A stretch of DNA of 47,224 nucleotides, taken from Flavobacteriaceae bacterium (lineage in GTDB: Bacteria; Bacteroidota; Bacteroidia; Flavobacteriales; Flavobacteriaceae). Positions 21,924 to 31,574 of the stretch are shown here, in pieces; the first letter of the stretch is position 1, and the number at the start of each line of letters is the position of its first letter. The notes under the pieces were generated by a model. That model was not told where the DNA came from. It saw nothing but the letters and a program-made list of their open reading frames with translations, and ran no database searches. A program made the translations under genes and the position numbers. Location: contig JAURBX010000001.1 of the NCBI GenBank assembly GCA_030828745.1, forward strand, positions 1 to 47,224, given 5' to 3'.

Positions 21924-22097
21924 ATGTTTGAATTTGACCAATACTTAGGTTTTCTTGCTTTTCTTTCCATCTTAACCATTGGATTTTGGTTGATGATTTT
22001 CTTGTTAACTTTCGTCATTCCTTACTGGTTGGTAGGAGCGATTATGGAACATTTAAAATATGGAAAGAACAAACAGAAGATTGAGAAAAGAAAATAA
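21924..22097 (+). CDS. Small membrane protein (57 aa), hypothetical
   Basis: ATG ORF with two hydrophobic helices and a Lys-rich tail. It has a candidate promoter upstream and a hairpin downstream. Confidence 0.4.
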   Translation: MFEFDQYLGFLAFLSILTIGFWLMIFLLTFVIPYWLVGAIMEHLKYGKNKQKIEKRK

Positions 22098-22125
22098 AAA
22101 AAGGGGCTAAAAGCCTTTTTTTTTG
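22096..22125. terminator. Possible terminator between convergent genes
   Basis: AAAAAAAGGGGCT-AAA-AGCCTTTTTTTTT. The GC core is short and extended by A/T and G-U pairs, so the stem is weak. Confidence 0.35.
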
Positions 22126-22126
22126 G

Positions 22127-24580
22127 TTAGAAACCAAATTCATCTCCACCGCCGTTTCCACCATAGTTTTGGTTTCTTCTACGACGATCGTTTTTACGTT
22201 CATTAATTTTGTAGGTGAACGTCATAACGTATGAGGGACGTCTCCATTGAAACTCACTGTAATTAATAAAGCTTTCTGTTGTTGTTGTATTTTTATATCG
22301 TCTTGAATTTAGGAGGTCACTCGCATTGAAGGAGAGTGTTCCTTTTTTATTGAATATGTTTTTATTTACAGCTCCAGACAATACAAAAAAGCCTTTGGAT
22401 CTATTTTGCGCCGTAGCATTGGGTCCTCTGTAAAAACCTCTCAATTGAGCGGTCCACCCTTTGGGTAAACGAATGTTTCCATTGATTCTCGCAAACCAAC
22501 TTATGATTTCAGCATCAAATACTTGATTGTTATAGCTTCCGAGGGTTTCAGAATTAAAAACATTGAAGTTTCCACTCAGGCGTATTTTTTTAGAAGGGGT
22601 ATATGTCAAAGTGAATTCTGTTCCAATACGGTTATTTTCAGCCAGATTAATCGATGTTGCTCTAAGGGAGGGAATTTCGATTAGTGGATCTTCACTTACT
22701 TTGATTAAATCCCCTGTGGCTTCTGTTATACGGGTAATCACCTGTGTCGCTTTTTGGTAGTAAGCTGACCCATTGAATGTTAATTTTTCCCAACGTTTTA
22801 AATATCCAAAATCAAAAGTACTGGAATAGGAGGGGTCAAGATCGGGATTTCCCTGTCTGAAAAAGGTAACACTCGACCTTGAAGGGAAGGGGTTTAAAGA
22901 CCAACTTCTGGGACGTCTTATTCTTCTGCTGAATCCTAATGTAATATTCTCCTCTTCATTAAATTCATAAGATAGGTTTAGGGTTGGAAAAAAGTTTGTG
23001 TACTTTTTTTCTTTAAAATCATTTGTTGTTTTTTGATCAATTACAATATGCGTATTTTCCATTCTTAAGCCTAAGAGGTAGGAAAATTTGTTGATCTTTT
23101 TACCAAACTGGGTGTACAGCGCATTTACATTTTGTTCAAAAAGTAATACGTTTGAGAGGTCTGTGTCACGGACGAATTGGCTGTTTTCCAATAGTGCAAC
23201 TTCATAATCATTTTCTTGCGAACTGAAATCGCCCCGATACCCAAATTCAAACTGAGTGTTTTTATCCATTGGCCATACATAATCCAATTGAAATAAATTT
23301 CTTGTTTGGGACTCTAAAGTTCCAACGGTTTCATTTGGTGAATCGGTATTGGTGATGTCAGCGAATTCATCTTCTGAGCTTTTTTGCAATTGGATTTCAG
23401 CGACCAACTCATGCCCCTCTTCATTAAATTTTTTAGTAAAATTAGCAGTAAGTTGACTTGAATTGTCTTTTTCTACCTCCTCTTGTAAGCGTCCTACAGT
23501 CGAAAGGATGTCTCTATTTGCATTGACGTCATTAATTTCTGTATTGGCGTCACTTGTATTGTTGCTGTCGCGAACAAAACCACTGAGGGTAAAAGAGGTA
23601 TTATCATTAATATAATATTCTACACCTAGGTTGATGAAATAGTTTTTTCGTACTCGATCATAATCTCTAGTTTCATTTGCAAATGTACTGGGTAAATCTG
23701 CATTGAAGTATTCGCTATTAAACAATCCCCCACCCAATGATTTTTGATCCCTATAGGTGCTTGTGGTAAAAATATTTACTTTTTTGGTCCTCCAATTTAG
23801 AGTTGCTGTACCGCCCAGGTTTTTTGGAAGTCCTGCATTTGCAATAAAAGTTGCATTAAATCCAATTAGTTCCTCTTTCTTAAGAATAATATTTAGAATA
23901 CCTGCAGTTCCAGAAGCCTCATATCGTGCAGAAGGTGAAGTTACCACTTCAACTTTTTCGATTGATTCGGCAGGGAGTTGTCGTAAAGCCGAAGAACCTG
24001 AAAGTCCAACTAATCCAGAAGGTTTTCCATTAATTAAAATACGAACATTGTCATTTCCTCTCAAAGAAATATTTCCTTCAACATCGACTGAAACGGAGGG
24101 GATGTTATCCATAACATCGGTAACACTCCCACCGCGAACAGTAATGTCTCTTCCTACATTGTAGACCCTTTTGTCTAATCGTATTTCAACTTCAGTTCGT
24201 TCTCCCACGAGTTCGACTTCCTCAAGGGATTCTGAATCGATGTTTAGTTTAAAATCTCCTAAACGAGTCGTTTCTTTGATGACTTGATCCTTAAGAATGA
24301 TTCTTTCAAAACCGATATATTCAATCGTAATATCATATTTTCCAGGGAAAATTTCAATCTCAAAGTTTCCCTTTATATCTGTTATTCCCCCTTGAATTCG
24401 GTCTGGAAATTGATTATTAACTAAGGATATTGTTGCATATTCTAAGGATTCTGTGGTTTCAGAATCAGTAACATTACCTGTAATTTTTATTTTGGAAAAT
24501 TTTTCGTTATTGGAGGGACGTTGAGCAACTACTGCATTTGAGTAACACATCAGAAGCATCAGAAAGAATAATTTCTTCAT
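22127..24580 (-). CDS. TonB-dependent outer-membrane receptor / beta-barrel protein with N-terminal carboxypeptidase-regulatory-like domain
   Basis: Signal peptide, CarboxypepD_reg-like N-terminus (ITGNVTDSETTESLEYATISL), plug region, long beta-barrel and C-terminal aromatic residue (..DEFGF). Confidence 0.85.
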   Translation of the reverse strand: MKKLFFLMLLMCYSNAVVAQRPSNNEKFSKIKITGNVTDSETTESLEYATISLVNNQFPDRIQGGITDIKGNFEIEIFPGKYDITIEYIGFERIILKDQVIKETTRLGDFKLNIDSESLEEVELVGERTEVEIRLDKRVYNVGRDITVRGGSVTDVMDNIPSVSVDVEGNISLRGNDNVRILINGKPSGLVGLSGSSALRQLPAESIEKVEVVTSPSARYEASGTAGILNIILKKEELIGFNATFIANAGLPKNLGGTATLNWRTKKVNIFTTSTYRDQKSLGGGLFNSEYFNADLPSTFANETRDYDRVRKNYFINLGVEYYINDNTSFTLSGFVRDSNNTSDANTEINDVNANRDILSTVGRLQEEVEKDNSSQLTANFTKKFNEEGHELVAEIQLQKSSEDEFADITNTDSPNETVGTLESQTRNLFQLDYVWPMDKNTQFEFGYRGDFSSQENDYEVALLENSQFVRDTDLSNVLLFEQNVNALYTQFGKKINKFSYLLGLRMENTHIVIDQKTTNDFKEKKYTNFFPTLNLSYEFNEEENITLGFSRRIRRPRSWSLNPFPSRSSVTFFRQGNPDLDPSYSSTFDFGYLKRWEKLTFNGSAYYQKATQVITRITEATGDLIKVSEDPLIEIPSLRATSINLAENNRIGTEFTLTYTPSKKIRLSGNFNVFNSETLGSYNNQVFDAEIISWFARINGNIRLPKGWTAQLRGFYRGPNATAQNRSKGFFVLSGAVNKNIFNKKGTLSFNASDLLNSRRYKNTTTTESFINYSEFQWRRPSYVMTFTYKINERKNDRRRRNQNYGGNGGGDEFGF

Positions 24581-24624
24581 ATTTTTTAAGTGATGCTACT
24601 TTGACAGGATGAAGAAGATAGGGT

Positions 24625-24981
24625 TTAATTCCCTTTGAGAAATAAAATTAAATTCTCTAGTGGGCGAGCAAGAACTCCTTTATTACCTATAATTACAATA
24701 GGTCTTTCAATTAATTTTGGATATTTAACAAGACAATTAAGAATTTCATCTTCATGTAAAGAAGTCCGATTGGGAATATTTTTCCATTCGGATTCATTTT
24801 TTCGGAGGACAGCACTGGGTTGAAGTTCTATTTGATTCAAAATCTTTTGAAGTAGTTCTTTTGTAAAGGGAGTTTCAAGATAACGAACTTCTTCACCCTC
24901 ATGATCTGTTTCTTTGAGAAATTGTAATGCTTCTCTCGATTTCCTACATCTAGGGTTGTGATAAATCGTGTACTTTTCCAT
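24625..24981 (-). CDS. ArsC/Spx-family protein (YffB-like)
   Basis: MEKYTIYHNPRCRKSREAL N-terminal motif, about 118 aa. ATG 24979-24981 preferred over TTG 24987. Confidence 0.75.
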   Translation of the reverse strand: MEKYTIYHNPRCRKSREALQFLKETDHEGEEVRYLETPFTKELLQKILNQIELQPSAVLRKNESEWKNIPNRTSLHEDEILNCLVKYPKLIERPIVIIGNKGVLARPLENLILFLKGN

Positions 24982-24985
24982 GTGC

Positions 24986-25012
24986 AAAAAAAAACTACCC
25001 GAAGGTAGTTTT
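24986..25012 (-). terminator. Rho-independent terminator of the thrS-infC-rpmI-rplT operon
   Basis: On the minus strand, AAAACTACC-TTCG-GGTAGTTTT followed by a run of T, 5 nt after the rplT stop. Confidence 0.7.
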
Positions 25013-25016
25013 GAAT

Positions 25017-25361
25017 TTATTTTATCTTGTCGGCGATTGCTTTAAAAGCATCGGGATGATTCATCGCAAGGTCTGCGAGCACCTTTCGGTTGAGCTCAAT
25101 ATTATTAGCTTTGATTTTTCCCATGAATTGGCTGTATGACATTCCGTTGATACGAGCTCCGGCATTAATACGAGTAATCCAGAGGGCTCTGAAGTTTCGC
25201 TTGTTAACCTTTCGGTCACGATACGCATACAACATCGCTTTATCCACTGCATTCTTTGCAACGGTCCAAACATTTTTACGACGGCCAAAAAATCCTTTGG
25301 CTTGTTTTAAGATTTTTTTTCTACGTGCTCTTGAGGCAACTGAGTTTACTGATCTTGGCAT
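25017..25361 (-). CDS. rplT: 50S ribosomal protein L20
   Basis: [30 protein letters not shown] is the canonical L20 N-terminus. Confidence 0.97.
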   Translation of the reverse strand: MPRSVNSVASRARRKKILKQAKGFFGRRKNVWTVAKNAVDKAMLYAYRDRKVNKRNFRALWITRINAGARINGMSYSQFMGKIKANNIELNRKVLADLAMNHPDAFKAIADKIK

Positions 25362-25448
25362 TTTTTAGTTGTTTTTTGAAGGAGGCGGTATTGCTACACT
25401 TTTAGAGCCTTTCTTCGGGTTGATAATTAACGTTTAACCTTGTTTGAC

Positions 25449-25646
25449 TTAATTAAGTCTTAGTTGTTGTTTGATGTTTTTCTCATCACTTTCGTGTACT
25501 AAACCAGAGTGAGTCAATGCAAGCTTACGCTTTTTAGACTTTTTGGTCAAGATGTGACTTTTGAAAGCATGCTTACGCTTGATTTTACCGCTACCGGTTA
25601 ATTTAAAACGCTTTTTAGCACTTGATTTTGTTTTCATTTTTGGCAT
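25449..25646 (-). CDS. rpmI: 50S ribosomal protein L35
   Basis: [36 protein letters not shown] is canonical L35. Confidence 0.97.
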   Translation of the reverse strand: MPKMKTKSSAKKRFKLTGSGKIKRKHAFKSHILTKKSKKRKLALTHSGLVHESDEKNIKQQLRLN

Positions 25647-25660
25647 GACGATTCCTTTTT

Positions 25661-26215
25661 TTATTTTTTCTTGGGAGAAATCAAGATACTCATCTTTTTC
25701 CCTTCCAATATTGGCATTTGTTCTACTTTTCCTAATTCTTCCAAATCTTGTGCTAAACGTAACAAAAGAATTTGACCTTGCTCTTTAAACACAATTGAGC
25801 GTCCTTTAAAAAAAACAAATGCTTTTAATTTAGCTCCTTCTTTAAGAAACTTTTCAGCATGTTTCTTTTTAAACTCATAATCGTGTTCGTCGGTTTGCGG
25901 ACCAAAACGAATTTCTTTAAGAATAATCTTACTTGTTTTCGCTTTTAGGGCCTTTTCCCGCTTTTTTTGTTCGTACAGAAACTTTTTATATTCTAAAATC
26001 TTACAGACTGGCGGAGAGGCATTTGGCGAAATTTCAACTAAATCCAATTCCAAAGATTCGGCTATGGCAAGTGCTTTGTGAAGAGAATATACTCCTATTT
26101 CAACATTGTCACCCACTAATCGAATCTCTTGCGCCGTAATTTTTAGATTAATACGGTGTGGATTTTCTTTGATTACCCTCCCTGGGCGGTTCGTTCTGCG
26201 TCTACGTATTGCTAT
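25661..26215 (-). CDS. infC: Translation initiation factor IF-3, with a non-canonical ATA start
   Basis: The conserved IF-3 N-terminus ([36 protein letters not shown]) is encoded upstream of the first GTG (26116). The frame is closed by TAA at 26228-26230, and no ATG, GTG or TTG lies between them. The only candidates are ATA at 26213-26215 or 26207-26209. Confidence 0.8.
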   Translation of the reverse strand: MAIRRRRTNRPGRVIKENPHRINLKITAQEIRLVGDNVEIGVYSLHKALAIAESLELDLVEISPNASPPVCKILEYKKFLYEQKKREKALKAKTSKIILKEIRFGPQTDEHDYEFKKKHAEKFLKEGAKLKAFVFFKGRSIVFKEQGQILLLRLAQDLEELGKVEQMPILEGKKMSILISPKKK

Positions 26216-26232
26216 GTCTTCTCTTTTTTAAA

Positions 26233-28179
26233 TTAAACTTCAAAGCTAGCTAGGCTGCTTTTTATTTCTGTATTTATTAAATCTACTACACTTTCTACCG
26301 TAAAGCTTCCTAAATCACCTTTAGAGTGCTTGCGTATAGAAATGGTATTATTTTCTTCTTCTTTCTCTCCTATGATAATCATGTAGGGGACTTTGGAGAT
26401 TTCGGACTCAGAAATCTTCTTGCCAATCGTCTCATTTCGATCATCTAAGAGGGCGCGAATTTCGTGATTTTCCAAGAAATTTGAAACTTTTAGAGCGTAA
26501 TTTTTATATTTTTCACTCACACACAAAATATTTACTTGATTTGGCATGAGCCAAAGCGGGAAATTTCCCCCCGTATGTTCCAATAAAATCGCAACAAAAC
26601 GTTCTAAACTTCCAAAAGGTGCCCGATGAATCATAACGGGTCTGTGTAATTCATTATCACTTCCTTTATAATTCAAATCAAAGCGCTCAGGAAGGTTGTA
26701 ATCCACCTGGATTGTCCCTAATTGCCATTTCCGTCCCAAAGCATCTTTTACCATAAAATCCAGCTTAGGACCGTAAAAAGCGGCTTCCCCAGTTTCGATC
26801 ACGTAATTGAGGTTTTTCTCTTTGGCTGCATTGATAATTGCTTGTTCTGCCAATTCCCAATTGTGGGTTGAGCCAATATATTTTTCAGGCTTTTCTGGAT
26901 CTCTGAGTGATACTTGGGCGGTAAAATCTTCAAAACCTAAGGATCCAAAAACATATAAAACCAAGTCAATCACTTTTTTAAACTCTTCGTCTAATTGGCT
27001 GGGCATACAAAAGATATGTGCATCATCTTGAGTAAACCCTCGAACACGAGTTAATCCGTGAAGCTCTCCACTTTGTTCATAGCGATATACAGTCCCAAAT
27101 TCAGCATATCGTTTAGGTAAATCACGATAACTCCAAGGTTTAGCATTGTAAATTTCACAATGATGCGGACAGTTCATGGGTTTGAGTAAAAACTCTTCTC
27201 CTTCGGCTGGAGTTTGTATAGGTTGAAAGCTGTCGGCACCATACTTCTCGTAATGCCCTGAAGTCATGTATAATTCTTTACTCCCTATGTGGGGCGAAAT
27301 AACTTGTTCGTAGCCAGCTTTGTTTTGAGCCGCTTTTAGAAAGTTTTCCAATCGTTCACGTAAGGCAGCTCCTTTGGGTAACCATAGGGGGAGACCTTGT
27401 CCCACTCTTTTAGAGAAAGTAAACAGTTCTAGTTCTTTTCCAAGTTTTCTGTGATCTCTTTTTTTCGCCTCTTCGACTAGTGCTAGATAGGCAGTCAATT
27501 CTTTTTGTTTAGGAAACGATATACCATAAACTCGAGTGAGTTGAGGTTTGGTTTCGTCTCCTCTCCAGTAGGCTCCTGCTATATTGGTTAGCTTAATTGC
27601 TTTTATGGATCCTGTGTTTGGAATATGTCCTCCGCGGCAAAGGTCTGTAAAGTCTGCATGGTCACAAAAAGTAATCGTACCGTCTTCAAGATTTTCGATG
27701 AGTTCTGTCTTGAAAGGGTTATTCTCTTTTTTGTAATAGGCTAGGGCCTCTGCTTTTGTAGCACTTCGCATTTTAAATTCAAATTTTTGGCGTGCAAATT
27801 CTAAAAATTTCTTTTCAATTTCGACCAAATCTTTTTCTGTCAGACTGTAGTCTCCGAAATCGGCATCATAATAAAAACCATTTTCTATCGCGGGACCAAT
27901 GGTTAACTTACAATCAGGGTAAAGTGCCAATAGCGCTTGTGCCAAAACATGAGCAGAGGAATGCCAAAAGGCCGTTTTTCCTTCTTGATCATTCCAAGTG
28001 AAAAGTTGTATTTTTCCATTTTCATGTAAGGGAGTGACGCTCTCTACTGTTTGCCCATTGAATTTAGCAGACAACACATTACGTGCCAATCCTTCACTGA
28101 TACTTGAAGCGATTTCAAAAGGAGTTACTCCCTCTGGATACGCTCTAACACTCTGGTCTGGAAATTGAATTTCAATCAT
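26233..28179 (-). CDS. thrS: Threonine-tRNA ligase
   Basis: TGS domain start [10 protein letters not shown], editing-domain HSSAHV, and class II core ([26 protein letters not shown]). ATG 28179 chosen rather than the upstream extension. Confidence 0.95.
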   Translation of the reverse strand: MIEIQFPDQSVRAYPEGVTPFEIASSISEGLARNVLSAKFNGQTVESVTPLHENGKIQLFTWNDQEGKTAFWHSSAHVLAQALLALYPDCKLTIGPAIENGFYYDADFGDYSLTEKDLVEIEKKFLEFARQKFEFKMRSATKAEALAYYKKENNPFKTELIENLEDGTITFCDHADFTDLCRGGHIPNTGSIKAIKLTNIAGAYWRGDETKPQLTRVYGISFPKQKELTAYLALVEEAKKRDHRKLGKELELFTFSKRVGQGLPLWLPKGAALRERLENFLKAAQNKAGYEQVISPHIGSKELYMTSGHYEKYGADSFQPIQTPAEGEEFLLKPMNCPHHCEIYNAKPWSYRDLPKRYAEFGTVYRYEQSGELHGLTRVRGFTQDDAHIFCMPSQLDEEFKKVIDLVLYVFGSLGFEDFTAQVSLRDPEKPEKYIGSTHNWELAEQAIINAAKEKNLNYVIETGEAAFYGPKLDFMVKDALGRKWQLGTIQVDYNLPERFDLNYKGSDNELHRPVMIHRAPFGSLERFVAILLEHTGGNFPLWLMPNQVNILCVSEKYKNYALKVSNFLENHEIRALLDDRNETIGKKISESEISKVPYMIIIGEKEEENNTISIRKHSKGDLGSFTVESVVDLINTEIKSSLASFEV

Positions 28180-28247
28180 AATTTTATTAAAATGCCAGGC
28201 AAAGATACGGGGTCTTGGGATAGCAAGCAATGGTTAGTGAAAAGTTT

Positions 28248-28496
28248 CTATGACTCCTTTTTCTTTCTTTCGCCCAAAAGCGCATTCACAAGAGTTCTAA
28301 TCCCTTTAAAGCCAAAATAAAAGGCTAAGCCAAGCAAGATTAAACCTAAAACTAGAATAGGATAATAGAGCGTATGGGATTTGTTTTGAAAGGCTTGATG
28401 TACGACAAAAGGACCTGTAAAGCAGAGGACAAGAAAGTAGCTCATCAATTTTAGTCCTTTTAGTAGTAAAATTTTATTCATTTTCTTTAGCAGCAT
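28248..28496 (-). CDS. Small membrane protein (82 aa), hypothetical
   Basis: Two hydrophobic helices. The ATG start overlaps the murQ 3' end by 23 nt (8 nt if ATG 28481 is used). Confidence 0.45.
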   Translation of the reverse strand: MLLKKMNKILLLKGLKLMSYFLVLCFTGPFVVHQAFQNKSHTLYYPILVLGLILLGLAFYFGFKGIRTLVNALLGERKKKES

Positions 28497-29292
28497 TTAT
28501 TGCGTTTCTAACATTACCATGAATCTTGAGCAGTTGTTTTGCTTTTTCTTGGGTTATATTGAGTTCTTTCATAACCATAGACTCGGCTCTTCCAACGAGT
28601 TTATTATTAGAAAGTTTCATGTCCACCATTTTGTTTCCTTTAACATGTCCTAATTGGATCATGGTAGCAGTGCTAATCATGTTCAGAATAAGTTTTTGTG
28701 CAGTTCCTGCTTTCATTCTGGAGCTACCTGTTACAAATTCAGGCCCTACAATTACTTCAATTGGAAAATTACTAACCTCTGAGAGCGGACTGTTTTTATT
28801 ACAACAGATGGTTCCCGTTAGTATATCATTGGCTTGACAGTCATGTAAGCCCGCTACAACATAGGGTGTAGTTCCAGAAGCGGCAATTCCCACAACAATG
28901 TCGTTAGGATTTATATTAAAAACACTCAGGTCTTTCCAGGCTTGATGCGGATCATCTTCAGCATTTTCAATTGAGTTTCTCAGGGCATGGTCTCCTCCAG
29001 CAATGAGCCCAATAACCTGCTCAGGATCGGTTCCAAAGGTGGGTGGGCATTCTGAGGCATCAAGCACGCCCAAACGACCGCTAGTCCCTGCACCGATATA
29101 AAAAAGGCGTCCCCCAACTTTTTGTTGCTTTACAACAGCTTCTATTAAGGTTTCAACTTGATCCAACACCTTCCCAACGGCTGCAACTGCATTTTGATCT
29201 TCCATATGAATGCCTTTTAATAATTGAGCAATATTTTTTTGCTCTAAATTATCGTGATTGGAATCTTGTTCGGTGGTTTTTACAAAACCCAT
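28474..29292 (-). CDS. murQ: N-acetylmuramic acid 6-phosphate etherase
   Basis: SIS domain GAGTSGRLG...SECPPTFG and ASGTTPY, 272 aa. Confidence 0.88.
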   Translation of the reverse strand: MGFVKTTEQDSNHDNLEQKNIAQLLKGIHMEDQNAVAAVGKVLDQVETLIEAVVKQQKVGGRLFYIGAGTSGRLGVLDASECPPTFGTDPEQVIGLIAGGDHALRNSIENAEDDPHQAWKDLSVFNINPNDIVVGIAASGTTPYVVAGLHDCQANDILTGTICCNKNSPLSEVSNFPIEVIVGPEFVTGSSRMKAGTAQKLILNMISTATMIQLGHVKGNKMVDMKLSNNKLVGRAESMVMKELNITQEKAKQLLKIHGNVRNAINAAKENE

Positions 29293-29316
29293 AGTGTTTT
29301 GGTTTTTAACGAATTT

Positions 29317-29353
29317 AAAAAAATAAACCTCACAATATTACATTGTGAGGTTT
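29317..29353 (-). terminator. Rho-independent terminator of icd
   Basis: 12 bp perfect stem AAACCTCACAAT / ATTGTGAGGTTT with a 5 nt loop, followed on the minus strand by ATTTTTTT. Confidence 0.75.
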
Positions 29354-29377
29354 AAGTTGATAAATAAAAAAAATGCT

Positions 29378-30607
29378 TTACGCGTTTCTTTTCAACTCTA
29401 AATTTTCTTTTAGTGCAGCAAGAAATTGTTGTGTTGTTAAATAATGGGAGCTATTAAGCTCTTTGCCATGAATCAAAATTGCAAGATCTTTTGTCATTTT
29501 ACCGCTTTCAACCGTTTCTACACAAACATTTTCAAGTGTGGTACAGAAATCAATTAATTCTTGATTTCCATCGAGCTTCCCTCTGTGTGCCAAACCTCTT
29601 GTCCATGCAAAAATAGAGGCAATGGGATTGGTTGAGGTTTCTTTTCCTTGTTGGTGTTGACGGTAATGACGAGTAACAGTTCCATGAGCGGCTTCAGCTT
29701 CCATTGTCTTTCCATCAGGAGTGACCAGGGTAGAGGTCATTAAGCCTAAAGAGCCAAACCCTTGCGCAACAGTATCCGACTGTACATCTCCATCATAGTT
29801 TTTACAAGCCCAAACAAAACCTCCGTTCCATTTCATCGCAGCAGCAACCATATCATCGATCAATCTGTGTTCATAGGTAATACCAGCAGCTTGAAATTTA
29901 CCTTTAAATTCGTTGTCAAATACTTTTTGAAAAATGTCTTTAAAACGCCCATCATAGGCTTTTAAAATCGTGTTTTTAGTCGATAAATACAAGGGCCATT
30001 TTTTCGTCAAGGCTTGGTTCATACAAGAGCGAGCAAAGCCATAAATAGAGGAGTCAATGTTGTACATGGACATGGCTACACCATCTTCTTGGAAATGATA
30101 AACTTCCCAGGTTTTAGGTGTACCACCGTCGTCTGGAGTAAAAGTCATGGTTAATTTCCCTTTTCCCGTAGTTACGGTATCCGCCGCTTTGTATTGATCT
30201 CCAAAAGCATGTCGTCCTATACAAATGGGCTTGGTCCATCCTTGAACATAACGCGGTACGTTTTTCATGATTATAGGTTCTCTAAAAACGGTTCCTCCCA
30301 CAATATTTCGGATGGTTCCATTAGGAGAACGCCACATATTGGAAAGATTGAATTCTGTAACACGGTCTTCATCGGGTGTGATCGTTGCACATTTGATTCC
30401 AACGTGGTGTTCTTTTATTGCATTCGCGGCTTGAATTGTAATTTTATCTTCGGTAGCATCTCTAGAGGTAACAGATAAATCATAATAGATGATTTTTAAA
30501 TCTAGATAAGGCAATATAAGTTGGTCTTTAATGAATTTCCAAATGATTCGAGTCATTTCATCGCCATCCATTTCTACAACAGGATTGGCTACTTTGATTT
30601 TTGACAT
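29378..30607 (-). CDS. icd: NADP-dependent isocitrate dehydrogenase (eukaryote-like homodimeric subfamily II)
   Basis: [24 protein letters not shown]-terminus and NYDGDVQSD motif, 409 aa. Confidence 0.93.
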   Translation of the reverse strand: MSKIKVANPVVEMDGDEMTRIIWKFIKDQLILPYLDLKIIYYDLSVTSRDATEDKITIQAANAIKEHHVGIKCATITPDEDRVTEFNLSNMWRSPNGTIRNIVGGTVFREPIIMKNVPRYVQGWTKPICIGRHAFGDQYKAADTVTTGKGKLTMTFTPDDGGTPKTWEVYHFQEDGVAMSMYNIDSSIYGFARSCMNQALTKKWPLYLSTKNTILKAYDGRFKDIFQKVFDNEFKGKFQAAGITYEHRLIDDMVAAAMKWNGGFVWACKNYDGDVQSDTVAQGFGSLGLMTSTLVTPDGKTMEAEAAHGTVTRHYRQHQQGKETSTNPIASIFAWTRGLAHRGKLDGNQELIDFCTTLENVCVETVESGKMTKDLAILIHGKELNSSHYLTTQQFLAALKENLELKRNA

Positions 30608-30673
30608 GTGTTTAAATTTAGGTTTTCGGATGCAAATATAAGGGCTACGATTTATTTATCAATTACAAATAAG

Positions 30674-30719
30674 GAATAAAAAAACCGCCAAACACTCTAT
30701 TTTAGTGATTGGCGGTTTT
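30674..30719 (-). terminator. Rho-independent terminator of rplS
   Basis: On the minus strand, AAAACCGCCAA with a 17 nt loop and TTGGCGGTTTT, followed by TTTATT. Confidence 0.7.
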
Positions 30720-30738
30720 GGATTTAGTTAAAACCAGA

Positions 30739-31095
30739 TTATGAATCCATACGGGCTTCTTTAATACGGGCTTTTTTACCTCTTAATTGTTTAAAGTAAT
30801 AGATACGTGAACGACGTACTTTACCTTTTTTATTGACTTCTATTTTTTCTAATGCGGGTAAGTTCAATGGGAAGATACGTTCTACGCCCACAGTACCTGA
30901 CATTTTTCTAATCGTAAAAGTTTTCGATAAACCTTGTCCTTTAATTTGAATTACGACACCTTTAAAAAACTGAGTACGTACTTTTTCTCCTTCTCGGATT
31001 TGGTAGTAAACCGTTAAGGTATCTCCAGCATCAAACTTTGGAAATTCTTTTTTCTCGATGAATTCGTTTTGAACAAAATTGATTAACGCTTCCAT
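30739..31095 (-). CDS. rplS: 50S ribosomal protein L19
   Basis: FDAGDTLTVYYQIREGEKVRTQFFKGVVIQIKG and RRSRIYY motifs. ATG 31095 (MEALINFVQ) gives the typical ~118 aa length. Confidence 0.95.
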   Translation of the reverse strand: MEALINFVQNEFIEKKEFPKFDAGDTLTVYYQIREGEKVRTQFFKGVVIQIKGQGLSKTFTIRKMSGTVGVERIFPLNLPALEKIEVNKKGKVRRSRIYYFKQLRGKKARIKEARMDS

Positions 31096-31163
31096 ATTAT
31101 GTTTTATTGAGTTGGAAAAGACAACATTCACGATTTTCGTCAGAGGTTATGTATTTCGTGCTG

Positions 31164-31171
31164 CAAAATTA
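31164..31171 (-). promoter_or_regulatory. Candidate -7 box TAATTTTG for rplS
   Basis: Exact TAnnTTTG match on the minus strand, 69 nt upstream of the rplS ATG. Confidence 0.3.
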
Positions 31172-31208
31172 AACTTTATTTTGAAGTAGACAACCCCATT
31201 AATAAAAA

Positions 31209-31457
31209 TTAATTAATGCTTTCCGCTCTATTAATTTTGATGTCATAGTATCTATCTGACTCAACCTCAAAGCTTTCGTGGATGGTGTTTTTAGTTTGTT
31301 CCAGAATGAAAATGAATTCTTTATAAACACCACGTTCTGAACAGGATACTAAATTATCATTTACAATTGGATAATAATTTTCAAAATGAGATTTAATTCG
31401 AAGTGAACCTGAGGGGGCAATACAAAGCCTATGATAACTTGAAGGCGCTTCCCAATA
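31209..31457 (-). other. Start-less 83-codon open frame in the trmD-rplS spacer (possible gene remnant or unannotated element)
   Basis: On the minus strand the frame is open from TAA (31458-31460) to TAA (31209-31211). It reads YWEAPSSYHRLCIAPSGSLRIKSHFENYYPIVNDNLVSCSERGVYKEFIFILEQTKNTIHESFEVESDRYYDIKINRAESIN and has no in-frame ATG, GTG or TTG. An adjacent frame upstream encodes ..PEDKCPICKEQFG.. Confidence 0.2.
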
Positions 31458-31574
31458 TTATTTGTAATATTCCAAACTGTTCCTTACAGATAGGGCATTT
31501 ATCCTCTGGGGCTTTAGGGGAGATTTTTATAAAGAAAAAAAGGATAACAGCACAAAATTTCAGAAAGTATCATT

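Noticed and set aside
23757-24164. 135 aa ORF antisense to the TonB-dependent receptor, and similar shadow ORFs (e.g. 1393-1635, 4916-5119, 6361-6660, 7453-7764, 16222-16560, 18097-18405, 19419-19688, 28526-28837)
   Set aside because: All lie entirely or largely inside strongly supported genes on the opposite strand or in another frame. None has a recognisable motif.
28180-28230. 17-codon N-terminal extension of thrS ([17 protein letters not shown])
   Set aside because: The conserved TGS-domain start [10 protein letters not shown] begins at ATG 28179, and the extension has no counterpart in ThrRS.
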